64,000 nucleotides of DNA from a virus. How positions within the stretch are numbered: position 1 is the stretch's first letter; every line of letters begins with the position of its first letter. The stretch lies in the UHGV virus genome UHGV-1451962; one strand, 5' to 3'. Both the position numbers and the translations under genes were made by a program. Under the pieces are notes generated by a model that made no database searches, was not told the DNA's origin, and saw nothing but the letters and a program-made list of their open reading frames with translations. Positions 37,317 to 48,900 of this stretch are shown here, in pieces.

Positions 37317-40300
37317 ATGGCTAAAAGACTTAATTATGAAGTAGGCTTTACTGGCGATACTTCACAATTAAAAGCGTCTTTAAATGATGCTGTAAAAGCT
37401 TTACAAAAATTAGGTACTTCTTCAACTACTCAAATGACTCAGGGTATGCGGGAAGCATCTAAATCTGCATTAGAATTAGCTAATAATTTAAAAACTGCTA
37501 CTAATCAAGAAACAGGAAAATTAGATTTAGTAACTTTTAATAGAAATTTAGCTAATAGTAAGATGACCATTAGTGATTATGCTAAGCAATTATCTCAATT
37601 AGGCCCTACTGGTCAGCAAGCTTTTATGAAAGTTGCGCAAGCAGTTACTTCTGCGGAATTACCAATGAGACGTACTAATAAAGTATTGGATGAATTGTGG
37701 ACAACAATGAAAAATACTGCTCGTTGGCAATTAACCTCAAGTGCGTTGCATGGATTTATGGGAGCTTTAAATACTTGTGTTGGATATTCTAAAGCTTTAG
37801 ATAAATCTTTAAATTCTATCAGAATTGTTACTGAACAATCAGCTGAACAAATGGCTGATTTTGCAGTTCAAGCTAATAGTGCTGCAAAAAATTTAAGTAC
37901 AACAACAACAGATTATACGGATGCAGCATTGATATATTATCAACAAGGTTTAAATGACAAAGAAGTTCTTGATAGAACTGATATTACTATTAAAATGGCC
38001 AATGCCGCAAATGAAAGTGCTCAAGTAGTTTCTGACCAATTAACTGCGGTTTGGAATAACTTTTATGATGGTTCACAATCATTAGAGCATTATGCTGATG
38101 CGATGGTGGCGTTAGGTGCTGCTACTGCTTCTAGTTCAGATGAAATTGCTGGCGGCTTAGAGAAGTTTGCATCAATCGCAGACATGATTGGGTTAAGCTT
38201 TGATTATGCTGCTTCTGCTTTAGCAACAATTACTGCTACAACTCGTCAAAGCGAAGATGTTGTTGGTACTGCTTTGAAAACTATTTTTGCTCGTATTCAA
38301 GGTTTGAATTTAGGAGAGACCCTTGAAGATGGCACTGATTTAAATAAATATTCAGAAGCTTTGAGCAAAGTTGGTGTTTCAATTAAAGATTCTAATGGCG
38401 ATTTGCGTAATATGGATGCTATCTTAGATGATATAGGCGCAAAATGGGGTACTTTAACAAAAGACCAACAAGTAGCATTAGCGCAAACAGTAGCCGGCGT
38501 TCGTCAATACAACCAGTTAGTTTCTTTAATGGATAATTGGGATTTCTTTGAAGATAATTTAAAGATTGCCCAAAATTCTGAAGGTGAATTAAATAAGCAG
38601 GCTGATATTTATGCAGAATCTTGGGAGGCCGCGAGAAAAAGAGTTAAAGCTGCGGCAGAAGATATTTATGATAGCATTTTGAATCCTGAGAGCATTGTTG
38701 CTATTGATGATGTTTTAACTCCATTTTTAAGTGGAATAGCGCAAGTTGTTAATGCTTTAGGTGGATTAAAAGGTATTGCTTTAGTTGTTGGTTCTGTCCT
38801 TACTTCTGTTTATAGTGGTAAATTGGTAAATGGTTTACAAAATTTTGCTACTAATATTCAGATTATGACTGGACTTCAAGGAAAATTAACAAGAAGCTTA
38901 CAAGAACAAACCGTAACTGAAGCAGAAAATCTTGATATTATAATTGGTGGTAATCGTGCTTTAGAAACTGAAATTTCTTTGATGCGAGAAAAAGTTCAGT
39001 TACAAGGTATGATTAATAAATATACCAAGAATTATGACCAAAGTCAAATGTTACAAGTCAATCAGCGAGTAGGCGTTATTGATGCTTTGCGTCAACAAAT
39101 TATGGCTTCTGCTCAAAAACAAACTGCTTTGTTGGGTGAAGCTGAAGAATTTAAAACAACTATATTGTTAGATATAGAGCCAAAACCTGGTTGGGAAGAA
39201 AGATTTAGACAGAAAATTTTACAATTTAATACTAATATGGTTAATGGGCCATTAAAAAATCTTAATTCTGTCTTTTTATTTGATGAAAAAGATGATATAA
39301 CAAGAACTACTGAAAAAGTTACAGCAAGTATGCAAAAGTTAGCTTCTCAAGCTAGTTCTATAGAAGCAGTAAGACGAGCTTATAGCAATTTAAATATAGA
39401 TCAAAAAGAAAGTGCCGTTGTTTTACAAGAATTAATTCAAAAGACTGGTTTATGGAAAGCAGAAATGCAAAATTGGTCTACTCCTAAATTACAAGAATTT
39501 TTGAATAACTTAGGTACTCAATCAATAGAAGCTTCTAAAGGGATGCAACTTTTAAAACAAGCTTTAATGGAATTAAGTTATTCTCCTGAAGCTATTGATC
39601 AATTTATTAATTCGATAAGAAGATTAGCCGCTGAAGAACATAGTGCCGCAGAATATACAAGATTAATTAATGAAGAAATAAAAAAATTTACGAACAGTTT
39701 GCAAACTGGTAGTATTCAAAGTGAATCGGGTTGGGCAAAAACTGTTGTAAGCATGTCTAATCATCTTATGAATTTCGGAATGACTCTTTCCGCAGTTAGT
39801 AATATGGGTAAAGTTTTCAAAGAATCTATGGAAGGAAATATTACTGCGGGAGAAGCTTTCATTCAAATTATGACTAATTTGGGTATGATTTTGATGAGTG
39901 GCAGTAGCCTTTTCATGGCTTTGTCAAAATCAATGGGTGCTCTTGTTTCAGTTTATACTGGTGTAAATACTTCAGTAGCAGCTCTTACTTTTGTTACAAA
40001 ATTAAATACTGCGGCTGAAGAAGGAAATATAGCTGCAAAAATAGCTAATGTTGCAATTACAAAATTGCTTACTGTTTCAGAAGGTAGTTTAGCTGCTGCT
40101 ATGGGTATAACTATTGGCGTTTTAGCTCTTTTTGCGGCTGGAATTGTGTTTGCTGTAAAAATAATTGATGGTTTAATTGTAACTCAAAAAGAAGCCAGTC
40201 AAGCTATTGCGGATGCTACTCAAAATTATACTGATCAAAAGAGCAAATTAGATGAGTTAAATAGTTCTTTAGAGCAAACTAGACAAAAGATAGAAGAATT

Positions 40301-43300
40301 AGAATCTAAAGATTCTTTATCTCTTGTTGAACAAGATGAGCTAGCTAATTTAAAACAGCAAGAAGCTTCTTTAGAGAGACAAGCTGATCTAAGAGAGCGT
40401 ATAGTTAAAGCTAAACAAGCAGAAATGGCTTATGCTATTGCAGATAATTTTGACAAAAAATATGACAAGACTTATAAGGTAGAGCCAAAAGGTAGAACTG
40501 GTGCTGACACTTCTAATTTTAAAACACAAGAAGATTTAGATAAATGGTATAATAGTTTAAATTCTGACCAACAGGCAAAAGCATTAGACCAATATCAGAA
40601 TTGGACGCAACAGATAGCAGAAGCTACTGCTCAAATGACTTCTGAAGTAGGAGAAGATTTAGCTGAATTAGAACAAGACTATGCTAATTATTTAGGTGCT
40701 GTTGATTCTGGAGCAATTGTGGCCGATCCGTCTAAGATTGCAGATATGCAGGATAAATTAGCAGAATTAAGAAAATTAATATATCCTACTGATAATCAGT
40801 ATTATGAAATGGTTATCCGTCCGGTATTAGATGATGAATCTTTTGATGAAGTAAGAGATAAGATTTTTAGAGCTTTATCTTCTGGAGATATTAAAGGTGC
40901 TGGATTAGCCTTAACAGATGAAATGCGTTCTGCCATTGAAGCTGCTGGAATTTCTGTTGATGATTTATTTAATCAAATTGCAGAAAGAATGTCTCAGGCC
41001 AGAGAGACCATTAAATCTGAAATGGGCGGTACCGAAGAGCAATTAAATAAATTAACTGCCGAAGATTGGGATATTATTCTTACCTTGGATTTAGAAAACA
41101 TTGGTTCTTTTAGAGAATTAATGAAAGCTATTGAAAATGCTAAAAATACAGACCTTAAAGTTAAAGTAGATACTTCTGAGTTAGATGCAGCAAAAGATAA
41201 AATAGAAAGTTTAAATACTAATGAAGAGCCATTGGAAAAAGCCTTGATGTCTTATAAAGAACAAGGTTATCTTACTATGGATCAGACTTATGAATTAATT
41301 AAAGCTAACGAAGAATATGCTCAATATATTAAAAAAGTTGGAGATGAGTATGTTTTAACTACTCAATCTTTAACTGACTTTACTGAAATGGAAAAAGCTG
41401 AGAAATTGGCTTTAGACCAAGCTATTGAAGCTATGCAAAACAAAGGTAAAGTTGATAGAGATTATGCTCAGCAGTATGTTGATCTTTATAGTAGTTTAAT
41501 TGAAAGTAGTAAAAATTGGTCTGACCAAGAACGTGCAGATAGCGGAGAAAATTTTGATAAAAATACTGAAGCACTTAGAAGACAAGCTCAAGCGTTCCAA
41601 GAAGGAAAGATTAGCGCAAGTGAATATTTTGATGCAATAAATCAAAGAGTTAGTGAAACTGGGGATAATTTTGCAAAATTAAGTGATGGTATAGATGGTC
41701 TTAAAGAATCTGATTATGCAAAAACTATGATTTCCTCTACTACTGCTTTGGCTGATGGTTTTAAAGATTTAATCAGTGAAGTTGAAGCTGGCGGTACTAA
41801 TATGCAAGAGTATTATGCTGGTGCAGTTAAAGGTACTAAAGCTTTAATGAATATCACTGCTAAATCTAATAAATATATCACCAAAACAGCAGATGGTTAT
41901 AAAGTTGTTACTGATAATATTGATGATGCAACTAAAGCTACACAAGACTACAAAGATGCTCAGAAAAAAGTTCAAAATTTAAATACTTGGGAAAAACAAG
42001 TTGATCAAGCTGAAGGATTTAAAAAAGCAATAGATGATATTACTTCTTATTATGATTATTTAAAAAATTATTTAAATGATAATAATTGGCTTGAGTTACC
42101 TGATAATTTTGATACAACAACAACCAAATTTAAAAATATGTGCGATACTATGGCTGCTGATATTTGGTCTTTAAAAGATACAAATGCTGAAGCTTTTAGT
42201 GCGATTATGGCTCACATGGAAACTGAAAATGCTGGTTTTGATTCTAGTTTAATTACTTCTCAAAGTCAATTAGCTAGTGCTATGCAAGGAAATGCAACAA
42301 TAGCTTCTTCTGCTATTAATGGTCTAGCTGCTCAAAGTCAGATTAGTATTGGTACTTTATGTCAAATTGGTGGACAGTTATTACAATCTTTGGCAAGTGC
42401 TATTAGCAGTTTTAGTTATACTATTCAGGCGACTGGTGTTGTTGATAATCCTGGTGGTATTGGTTTAGGCGGAGGATTAGTCGATAAAATTGGTGCTTTA
42501 CTTACAACAGGAGGGAAAATTCCTTTTGAATGGGATATGCCTTCTGCCCATATTGATTTAACAGGTTCTGGTTCTGGTGGTTCACCTATGTTTAGCACTA
42601 CTGGTTCTGCAAGAGCGCAAAAAGTTAATGGCTCTGGTAAATCAAATTATATTCGTTCAAAAGACACTGGTGCTGCTAGCAAAGGTGAGTCATCAGGACT
42701 TTTAGAAAATATTTCTAAATTTGGTACTGCATTAGAAGAATATGGTAAACAATCTGTATTGTCTCAAGGTTTAAAAGCATTTGCCCCTTCAGGAGGAGGA
42801 ACTGGTGGTAGAACTCTTAACCCTAGTGGTATTTCTACTGATAACAATCGTCCTTCTGGTGGAGGAGGAGGAAAAGGCAAAGGTGGTAAAGGAAAAGGCG
42901 GAGGTGGTAAAGGAAAGGGAGGAAAAGGAAAAGGCGGAGGTGGTGGCTCCGGCTCAGATGATTCTCCTGAAATCGAAGATGAAGAAATTTTTGATGATAG
43001 ATACCACGATATTAATAATAGACTAGAAGAACAAAGTCAGCTACTAGATAAGATTGATACTGCTAAAGATAGAGCTTTTGGTGTTAAGAAATTAGAAAAA
43101 TATAAAGAAAAAATTGAAGCAATTAATAAAGAACAAGAATTATATAAAGAAAAATTAAAAAAGACTGAGGAATATTTAAAAGAAGATTTAACTGATTTAC
43201 AAAAGAACTTTTCTGGTGTTAAATTAAATATAGACTCTGATAGTAAAGCTTTATTAAATTATGAAGATTTAGAAAAATGGGCAATAGAAGAATATAATAA

Positions 43301-45932
43301 AGTAGTAAGAAAATATAATGCTTTAGGTTCTAAGACCGCGCAGGAATCTTTTAAAGATACTCTTGATGCTGCAAAGAAAACACTTGATTTAAGAAAAGAA
43401 ATTCTAGAGCAGTATGAAAATGATCAAAAGCAAAGAGTTGAACTTTTAGAAAATATTGCTGAAGAGGCTAGAAAGAAATTTAATGAAAAATTAAGTAGTA
43501 TTAATGCTGTTATAGAAGTTAAATTAAAGATTAAAGATTTTAAAGATACTAATAGAGAAATAGGTAAAAATGTTGTTGAAGCTTTTGGCGATGCTGTTAA
43601 TTGGGGCAAAAAACCTGGACAAATTGATTTCTTTGGTATGCAAGATAACTTAGCTAAAGCTAAAGACTTAGAAGAACATATGAATCAAATATTTAATCTT
43701 ATGTCTGAGTCTGAAGATAGTGCTGATTTTGAAAGTGTTATAGATTCTTTAGAAGATTTACATGGTAATATTGCTGATACTGTTTCTGATTTAAAAGATT
43801 GGTTAGAAAATCTTAGAGAGTATTTAACTGATGTTATTGATGCAGCAGCTGACAGATTTGCACAATTTACTGATCAATTAGACCATAATGGTACTGTATT
43901 AGATTCAGTAAAAGAATTATTAGATTTACAAGGAATAACTTATAAAACTGGTAAGAATTTTGAACTTTTACAGAAAACTATTCAAGGAAGATTGGAAACA
44001 GCTACTTCTACTGCCAAATTACAAAAGCAATGGATGGAAAAAGCTGCGGAACAATTAGCGGAAGCAGAAAAAGCTTTGGCAGGAGTTACTGAAGAAGATG
44101 CAGCTTATGATACTCTTAAAAATAATCGTGATGCTTTATTAAAACAATTTAATGAATCTCAAGAAGCTATGTTAGATGCAGCTAAAGAAGCTATGGAAAC
44201 GGCAAGAGAGTATTATACTAATGCTATTGAGAAAGCTGCTTATGATTTTGAGCAAGCTATTAGTGGCGGAATGGGTTTAGAATTATTGCAGCAAAAATAT
44301 GATAATTTAATTAGTAAAGAAGAAAGATATTTAGATAAAGTTAATGAAACATATGAAGTAAGTAAATGGAATAGACAACTTCAAAAAGCAATAGATGAAG
44401 AAACTAATGAAGCTTCTAAGAATAGATTAAAAACATTACAAAAAGAAATTGAAGTAAGACGTGAAGGTAATAAATTATCTAAATATGATTTGGATATTTT
44501 AGAAGCAAAATATCAAATGACTCTTGCTCAAAATGCTTTGGATGAAGCTCAAAATGCTAAAAATTCAGTGCGGTTAGTCCGCAATGAATCCGGCAACTGG
44601 GATTATCAATTTACAGCTGATCAGTCTAAAATTGATGAAGCTACACAAAAGTATGAAGATGCGGCAAATAACTATTACAATATAGCAAAAGACCAAGTTA
44701 AAAATATGATGGATGAAATTCTGCGATTAAAACAAGATACTTTAGACCAAATTAAAGATGTTTATGAAGATGAAAGTTTAACTGAGGAAGAACGTGGAGA
44801 AAAGATTGCAGAAATTCGTAGAAATGCAAATGATAAAATCCTTTATATTCAGCAAGAATATCAAGTATCTTTAGAAGATATGACAGATGCAGGTGGAGAG
44901 ATAATTACAGAATATGGAAATACTTATAATGATGTAATGAAAATTATGGAAATGGGTACTTCTGACTTTACTGCATATTTTGAAACTGCTCTTGATGAAA
45001 TGGAAAATGCTGCTGATAATTACAATAGCACTATGGAAGAAGTCACTGGGACTACTGGTTCAAATGTAGATGCTTTAAAACAAATTATTGATGATACTAC
45101 CAAATCTACTCAAGATTTAACTACTGCGGGTACTCAAGCCGCAGATGCTGTTTGGAAGAAAATTGAAGAAGTTCGCCAAGCTTCAGAGCAATGGTCTAAT
45201 TATGCAGCGTGTGTACGTCAAGCATTAGATACTTTGTATGAAATGTCTAACTTTGTAACTACTAGAACAGTTGCCGCTTCTGTTGGTGATATGAAAGGGT
45301 ATAATTCTAATATTGACTATTCTTCTGTTATGAATGATTATTTAAGCCAAGGTGGACAAGTTGGAGATGAAATATTTAAGAGTTTAGAATATCAAAGATA
45401 TTTGAAAATTCTTGGAGAAAATTTTGAACAAGGTAAACAGTATATTTATTCTAATGAAGATTATTATAATAAGCAAAATGATCCAGAGTTTCAGAAATGG
45501 CTAAAAGATAATGGCGGAACTGGCAAATATGAGGATTTTGTTAAGAGTCATACAATAGGTTACGCAACAGGAGGCTATACTGGTTCTTTTGATAATGAAG
45601 ATGGTAAATTAGCATTTTTACATGAGAAAGAATTAGTTTTAAATCAAGAGGATACTGAAAATATTCTTTCTGCGGTTTCCGCGGTTAGAACATTAGGGCC
45701 TAATTTGTTTAAACAAATAGAAAGAATTTTGGATAATAATATAATGGCAGGGCAAAATTTATTAAATGCTCGTATGGCTAGTTCTACTACTGTTTCTAGT
45801 GATGGGCAAATAGTTGAACAGATAGTGCATATTCAAGCTGATTTCCCTGGTGTATCCAGTGCAGCAGAAATCGAAGCAGCTCTTAATAATATTGTTAATG
45901 ATGCGGCTCAATATGCTAGTATTAGAAAATAA
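37317..45932 (+). CDS. tail tape-measure protein candidate (2871 aa)
   Basis: very long, largely alpha-helical/coiled-coil-looking sequence with hydrophobic segments and a Gly/Lys-rich repeat; positioned after chaperone-like gene and before large tail proteins. Confidence 0.55.
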   Translation: MAKRLNYEVGFTGDTSQLKASLNDAVKALQKLGTSSTTQMTQGMREASKSALELANNLKTATNQETGKLDLVTFNRNLANSKMTISDYAKQLSQLGPTGQQAFMKVAQAVTSAELPMRRTNKVLDELWTTMKNTARWQLTSSALHGFMGALNTCVGYSKALDKSLNSIRIVTEQSAEQMADFAVQANSAAKNLSTTTTDYTDAALIYYQQGLNDKEVLDRTDITIKMANAANESAQVVSDQLTAVWNNFYDGSQSLEHYADAMVALGAATASSSDEIAGGLEKFASIADMIGLSFDYAASALATITATTRQSEDVVGTALKTIFARIQGLNLGETLEDGTDLNKYSEALSKVGVSIKDSNGDLRNMDAILDDIGAKWGTLTKDQQVALAQTVAGVRQYNQLVSLMDNWDFFEDNLKIAQNSEGELNKQADIYAESWEAARKRVKAAAEDIYDSILNPESIVAIDDVLTPFLSGIAQVVNALGGLKGIALVVGSVLTSVYSGKLVNGLQNFATNIQIMTGLQGKLTRSLQEQTVTEAENLDIIIGGNRALETEISLMREKVQLQGMINKYTKNYDQSQMLQVNQRVGVIDALRQQIMASAQKQTALLGEAEEFKTTILLDIEPKPGWEERFRQKILQFNTNMVNGPLKNLNSVFLFDEKDDITRTTEKVTASMQKLASQASSIEAVRRAYSNLNIDQKESAVVLQELIQKTGLWKAEMQNWSTPKLQEFLNNLGTQSIEASKGMQLLKQALMELSYSPEAIDQFINSIRRLAAEEHSAAEYTRLINEEIKKFTNSLQTGSIQSESGWAKTVVSMSNHLMNFGMTLSAVSNMGKVFKESMEGNITAGEAFIQIMTNLGMILMSGSSLFMALSKSMGALVSVYTGVNTSVAALTFVTKLNTAAEEGNIAAKIANVAITKLLTVSEGSLAAAMGITIGVLALFAAGIVFAVKIIDGLIVTQKEASQAIADATQNYTDQKSKLDELNSSLEQTRQKIEELESKDSLSLVEQDELANLKQQEASLERQADLRERIVKAKQAEMAYAIADNFDKKYDKTYKVEPKGRTGADTSNFKTQEDLDKWYNSLNSDQQAKALDQYQNWTQQIAEATAQMTSEVGEDLAELEQDYANYLGAVDSGAIVADPSKIADMQDKLAELRKLIYPTDNQYYEMVIRPVLDDESFDEVRDKIFRALSSGDIKGAGLALTDEMRSAIEAAGISVDDLFNQIAERMSQARETIKSEMGGTEEQLNKLTAEDWDIILTLDLENIGSFRELMKAIENAKNTDLKVKVDTSELDAAKDKIESLNTNEEPLEKALMSYKEQGYLTMDQTYELIKANEEYAQYIKKVGDEYVLTTQSLTDFTEMEKAEKLALDQAIEAMQNKGKVDRDYAQQYVDLYSSLIESSKNWSDQERADSGENFDKNTEALRRQAQAFQEGKISASEYFDAINQRVSETGDNFAKLSDGIDGLKESDYAKTMISSTTALADGFKDLISEVEAGGTNMQEYYAGAVKGTKALMNITAKSNKYITKTADGYKVVTDNIDDATKATQDYKDAQKKVQNLNTWEKQVDQAEGFKKAIDDITSYYDYLKNYLNDNNWLELPDNFDTTTTKFKNMCDTMAADIWSLKDTNAEAFSAIMAHMETENAGFDSSLITSQSQLASAMQGNATIASSAINGLAAQSQISIGTLCQIGGQLLQSLASAISSFSYTIQATGVVDNPGGIGLGGGLVDKIGALLTTGGKIPFEWDMPSAHIDLTGSGSGGSPMFSTTGSARAQKVNGSGKSNYIRSKDTGAASKGESSGLLENISKFGTALEEYGKQSVLSQGLKAFAPSGGGTGGRTLNPSGISTDNNRPSGGGGGKGKGGKGKGGGGKGKGGKGKGGGGGSGSDDSPEIEDEEIFDDRYHDINNRLEEQSQLLDKIDTAKDRAFGVKKLEKYKEKIEAINKEQELYKEKLKKTEEYLKEDLTDLQKNFSGVKLNIDSDSKALLNYEDLEKWAIEEYNKVVRKYNALGSKTAQESFKDTLDAAKKTLDLRKEILEQYENDQKQRVELLENIAEEARKKFNEKLSSINAVIEVKLKIKDFKDTNREIGKNVVEAFGDAVNWGKKPGQIDFFGMQDNLAKAKDLEEHMNQIFNLMSESEDSADFESVIDSLEDLHGNIADTVSDLKDWLENLREYLTDVIDAAADRFAQFTDQLDHNGTVLDSVKELLDLQGITYKTGKNFELLQKTIQGRLETATSTAKLQKQWMEKAAEQLAEAEKALAGVTEEDAAYDTLKNNRDALLKQFNESQEAMLDAAKEAMETAREYYTNAIEKAAYDFEQAISGGMGLELLQQKYDNLISKEERYLDKVNETYEVSKWNRQLQKAIDEETNEASKNRLKTLQKEIEVRREGNKLSKYDLDILEAKYQMTLAQNALDEAQNAKNSVRLVRNESGNWDYQFTADQSKIDEATQKYEDAANNYYNIAKDQVKNMMDEILRLKQDTLDQIKDVYEDESLTEEERGEKIAEIRRNANDKILYIQQEYQVSLEDMTDAGGEIITEYGNTYNDVMKIMEMGTSDFTAYFETALDEMENAADNYNSTMEEVTGTTGSNVDALKQIIDDTTKSTQDLTTAGTQAADAVWKKIEEVRQASEQWSNYAACVRQALDTLYEMSNFVTTRTVAASVGDMKGYNSNIDYSSVMNDYLSQGGQVGDEIFKSLEYQRYLKILGENFEQGKQYIYSNEDYYNKQNDPEFQKWLKDNGGTGKYEDFVKSHTIGYATGGYTGSFDNEDGKLAFLHEKELVLNQEDTENILSAVSAVRTLGPNLFKQIERILDNNIMAGQNLLNARMASSTTVSSDGQIVEQIVHIQADFPGVSSAAEIEAALNNIVNDAAQYASIRK

Positions 45933-45936
45933 TTTA

Positions 45937-45968
45937 AAGGGGAGAATTTTTCTCCCCTTTATTTTTTT
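45937..45968 (+). terminator. rho-independent terminator
   Basis: stem aaggggaga/tctcccctt, loop atttt, then 'tatttttttg'. Confidence 0.55.
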
Positions 45969-45986
45969 GAGAGAAAGGAGTTTATA

Positions 45987-48900
45987 ATGAATAATATATC
46001 AGAGCAAATTCTTCAAGCAGCTGATATTTTAGCGCAAAAAAGATTATCCGAATTAAAATATGATATAACAGTTCAAGGCACTGTTGAGTCTTTAGTTAAT
46101 TTAAATACTGGTGAATATAAAGTTAAATATAATGGTAATATATTTTCTGCTTTTAGTAATGATTTAAAAACTACTTATAGAATTGGAGATAATATTTATA
46201 TAAAAATTCCAGAAGGAGATTTTTCTAATAAAAAATTAATTGAAAATAAAGTTACTGATAAGTCTTTAACTGAAAATAATTTAAATGAGCTAGAAAATTC
46301 TGTTTCTCCTGTTGGGCCTACTTTTGATGTTTTTTATAATTATGACAAAATAAAAGAATATGGGGTAGTTGCAGGAGCACCCAAAGATGATAAATTGTCT
46401 ATTACAGAGATTTTCAACAGAGAAACTGTAAGTAATTTTTCCGATATTCCTTTTTTACAATATGCTAATAAATATGAATATATTAAAATTCAGGCCGATT
46501 TTTTAACACTCTTTAGTGATATTCATTCTGAGGGAAATTATGGCTTAGAATTGGCATTTTCATCTAATGGAGAAGATGTTTTTTATAGACTTGATGTTTC
46601 AAATTTTAATGGTAGTCCTTATTCTTTTAATACTTATAGCACGCAATCAGTTACTGTAAAAATACAAACAAAATTTTTAACTGGTTTAAAAAGTATTAAG
46701 TTATTTGAAGAAGGATTTCAATACGATAAATATTTATCTAATGGTGAATATATTTATTTAGATAAAGCAACAGGCAAAGAATTAATACATGATAATGAAA
46801 CCAATGAATATTATTATTTAAATGATAATAATGAAAAAATAATTGTAAATCAAGAGAATAGAATAGAAAAAATAAATGATAAATCACCGAATATTTTTGT
46901 TAAAAATATTCAAGTACAGTATGTAGAAGTAAAAAATTTAATAGACAATCTATATTATTTAAGAATTAAAACACCTAATGGTCAAATGTTTACAGACCAA
47001 ATAGATGAAATTACTTTACAAGGACAATTAATTTACAATGGCAATTCAGTTTTAACAGAAAAGAATAGTACCTGTTATTGGTATGAAAGAGATTATTCTG
47101 TGATGATAGGTGATGAGGCCTATGATAAAAATGTTGGTTTTGGATGGCGACCAATTTCCGCAAATTTTGATACTCTTGTTTTAAAAGATGAAGATGTGGT
47201 ATATAAAAAAGTATTAAAATTAATGGTAGTTTATTCTGATAATGTTGTAATGTCTGAAGAGATAGTTATTAGTAATTATAATACTGATTATAATTGTTGG
47301 CTAGAGCAATTAACTGTTGGAGATACTATTGATTTACATATTAAAAATAATAGAGATGAAGATGAATTAGTCGGTGATTGGTATTTATCTTTACCTGATG
47401 GAAGTTATCAAGAGGTACCTAATGGTAAACAAAAATCTGAAATAGAAGTTAAGCAATATCTTTTATATTCTGCTGTAACTTTTTATTGTAGTATTTATGA
47501 TAAAGATAGAAAAAATATTATTGCCACTGAAGAATATACAATCACTAATACTGAATCACAAGAAGATTTAAGTATAAAGTATATTGGAGAAGATTCTTTT
47601 AGATATGATTCTAATGGTGATATTACTATTGAGGATTCTGAAAAAGAACGTACTATTGAATGTCAATTTGCCTGGAAAGATGGAGTCGGCACTTCTTATG
47701 ATATGACATGGTATAGTCCAGATGGGAGTTTATTAACAACAGGTGAAAGAGTTAATCCTGTTGATTCAATGATAGAAAATCTCTGGGTTGACAAATATAA
47801 TATTTTGCATTATACTATTAAACAGAAGTATAAAATAAATTTTAACAATAATACTATTCAAATTAAAGTTACTACTTTAGACCAAAAGGAATATATTTTT
47901 AATAAAGAAATTCTTTTTGTTAAAGATGGTGATCAAGGTACTAATGGTACTACTTATATCGCAGCTATTCGTCCTTGTGATGATAATGGTATTAAATTAA
48001 GTGGTTTACAGCCTTTGGTTTTTAATCCTTTAACCAAAGAGCTTTTAGATGAACAAGAAAGGATTAGAAATGATAATACTCTTTCTAATGAAGAAAAAAT
48101 AAAACAAATTTTAGAAGTTAGAAAAAGAGGATGGAATACTTTAAAGTTAAGAGTGTATGTTTATAAAGATGGAGAATTAATCAATAATTTAAATGGTAAT
48201 AAATATACTATTAAATATGAATGGTCTGGGACAAATATAAAATTACCTGAAGCAGAAACTGATGATGAATATATTAGCATTTCCGGCAATAGTGATCCAG
48301 TTATAAACTTTTATTCTACTTCTGATAAATATGAATTTTATATAAAAATTAAAATAACTGTTAGAGAAAAAGCAGGAGATTCTACTGTTTATCTTTATTC
48401 TATTTATCCTATTGATGTTGCAGTTAATGGTTTTGAATATAATAGAGTTGACATAAATGAAATTCCTTCTTATATTAAATATAATTCTTCTGGTTTAAAT
48501 CCTTCTTTTTATAGTAATGCTTTAAAATATACTTTTGATGAAATAGATCAAACTAAATTAGTAGAATCATTAAATAAAGATATTTTAGTAATTGAAGATA
48601 AACAACAAAAGGAATCTGAAATTATAGATAGATATTTAGTACCTTCTTCTAATTTTATTTTTGAAAGAGATTCAGATAAAAATAATAGTAGTATTGGTAT
48701 TTTAAAATGCCCCGACCCGCAATATAATACTAGATATTTATTACACTCTATTGTTATGTATCTTGATACATATGGCAATGAAGCTATTAATGGCTGGGAT
48801 GGAACACAGTTAGATATAGATAACAAAGGCCAATATGTTTTTGCCCCGCAGGTTGGTGCAGGTACTAAAAATGAACAAAATCAATTTACCGGCGTTGTTA

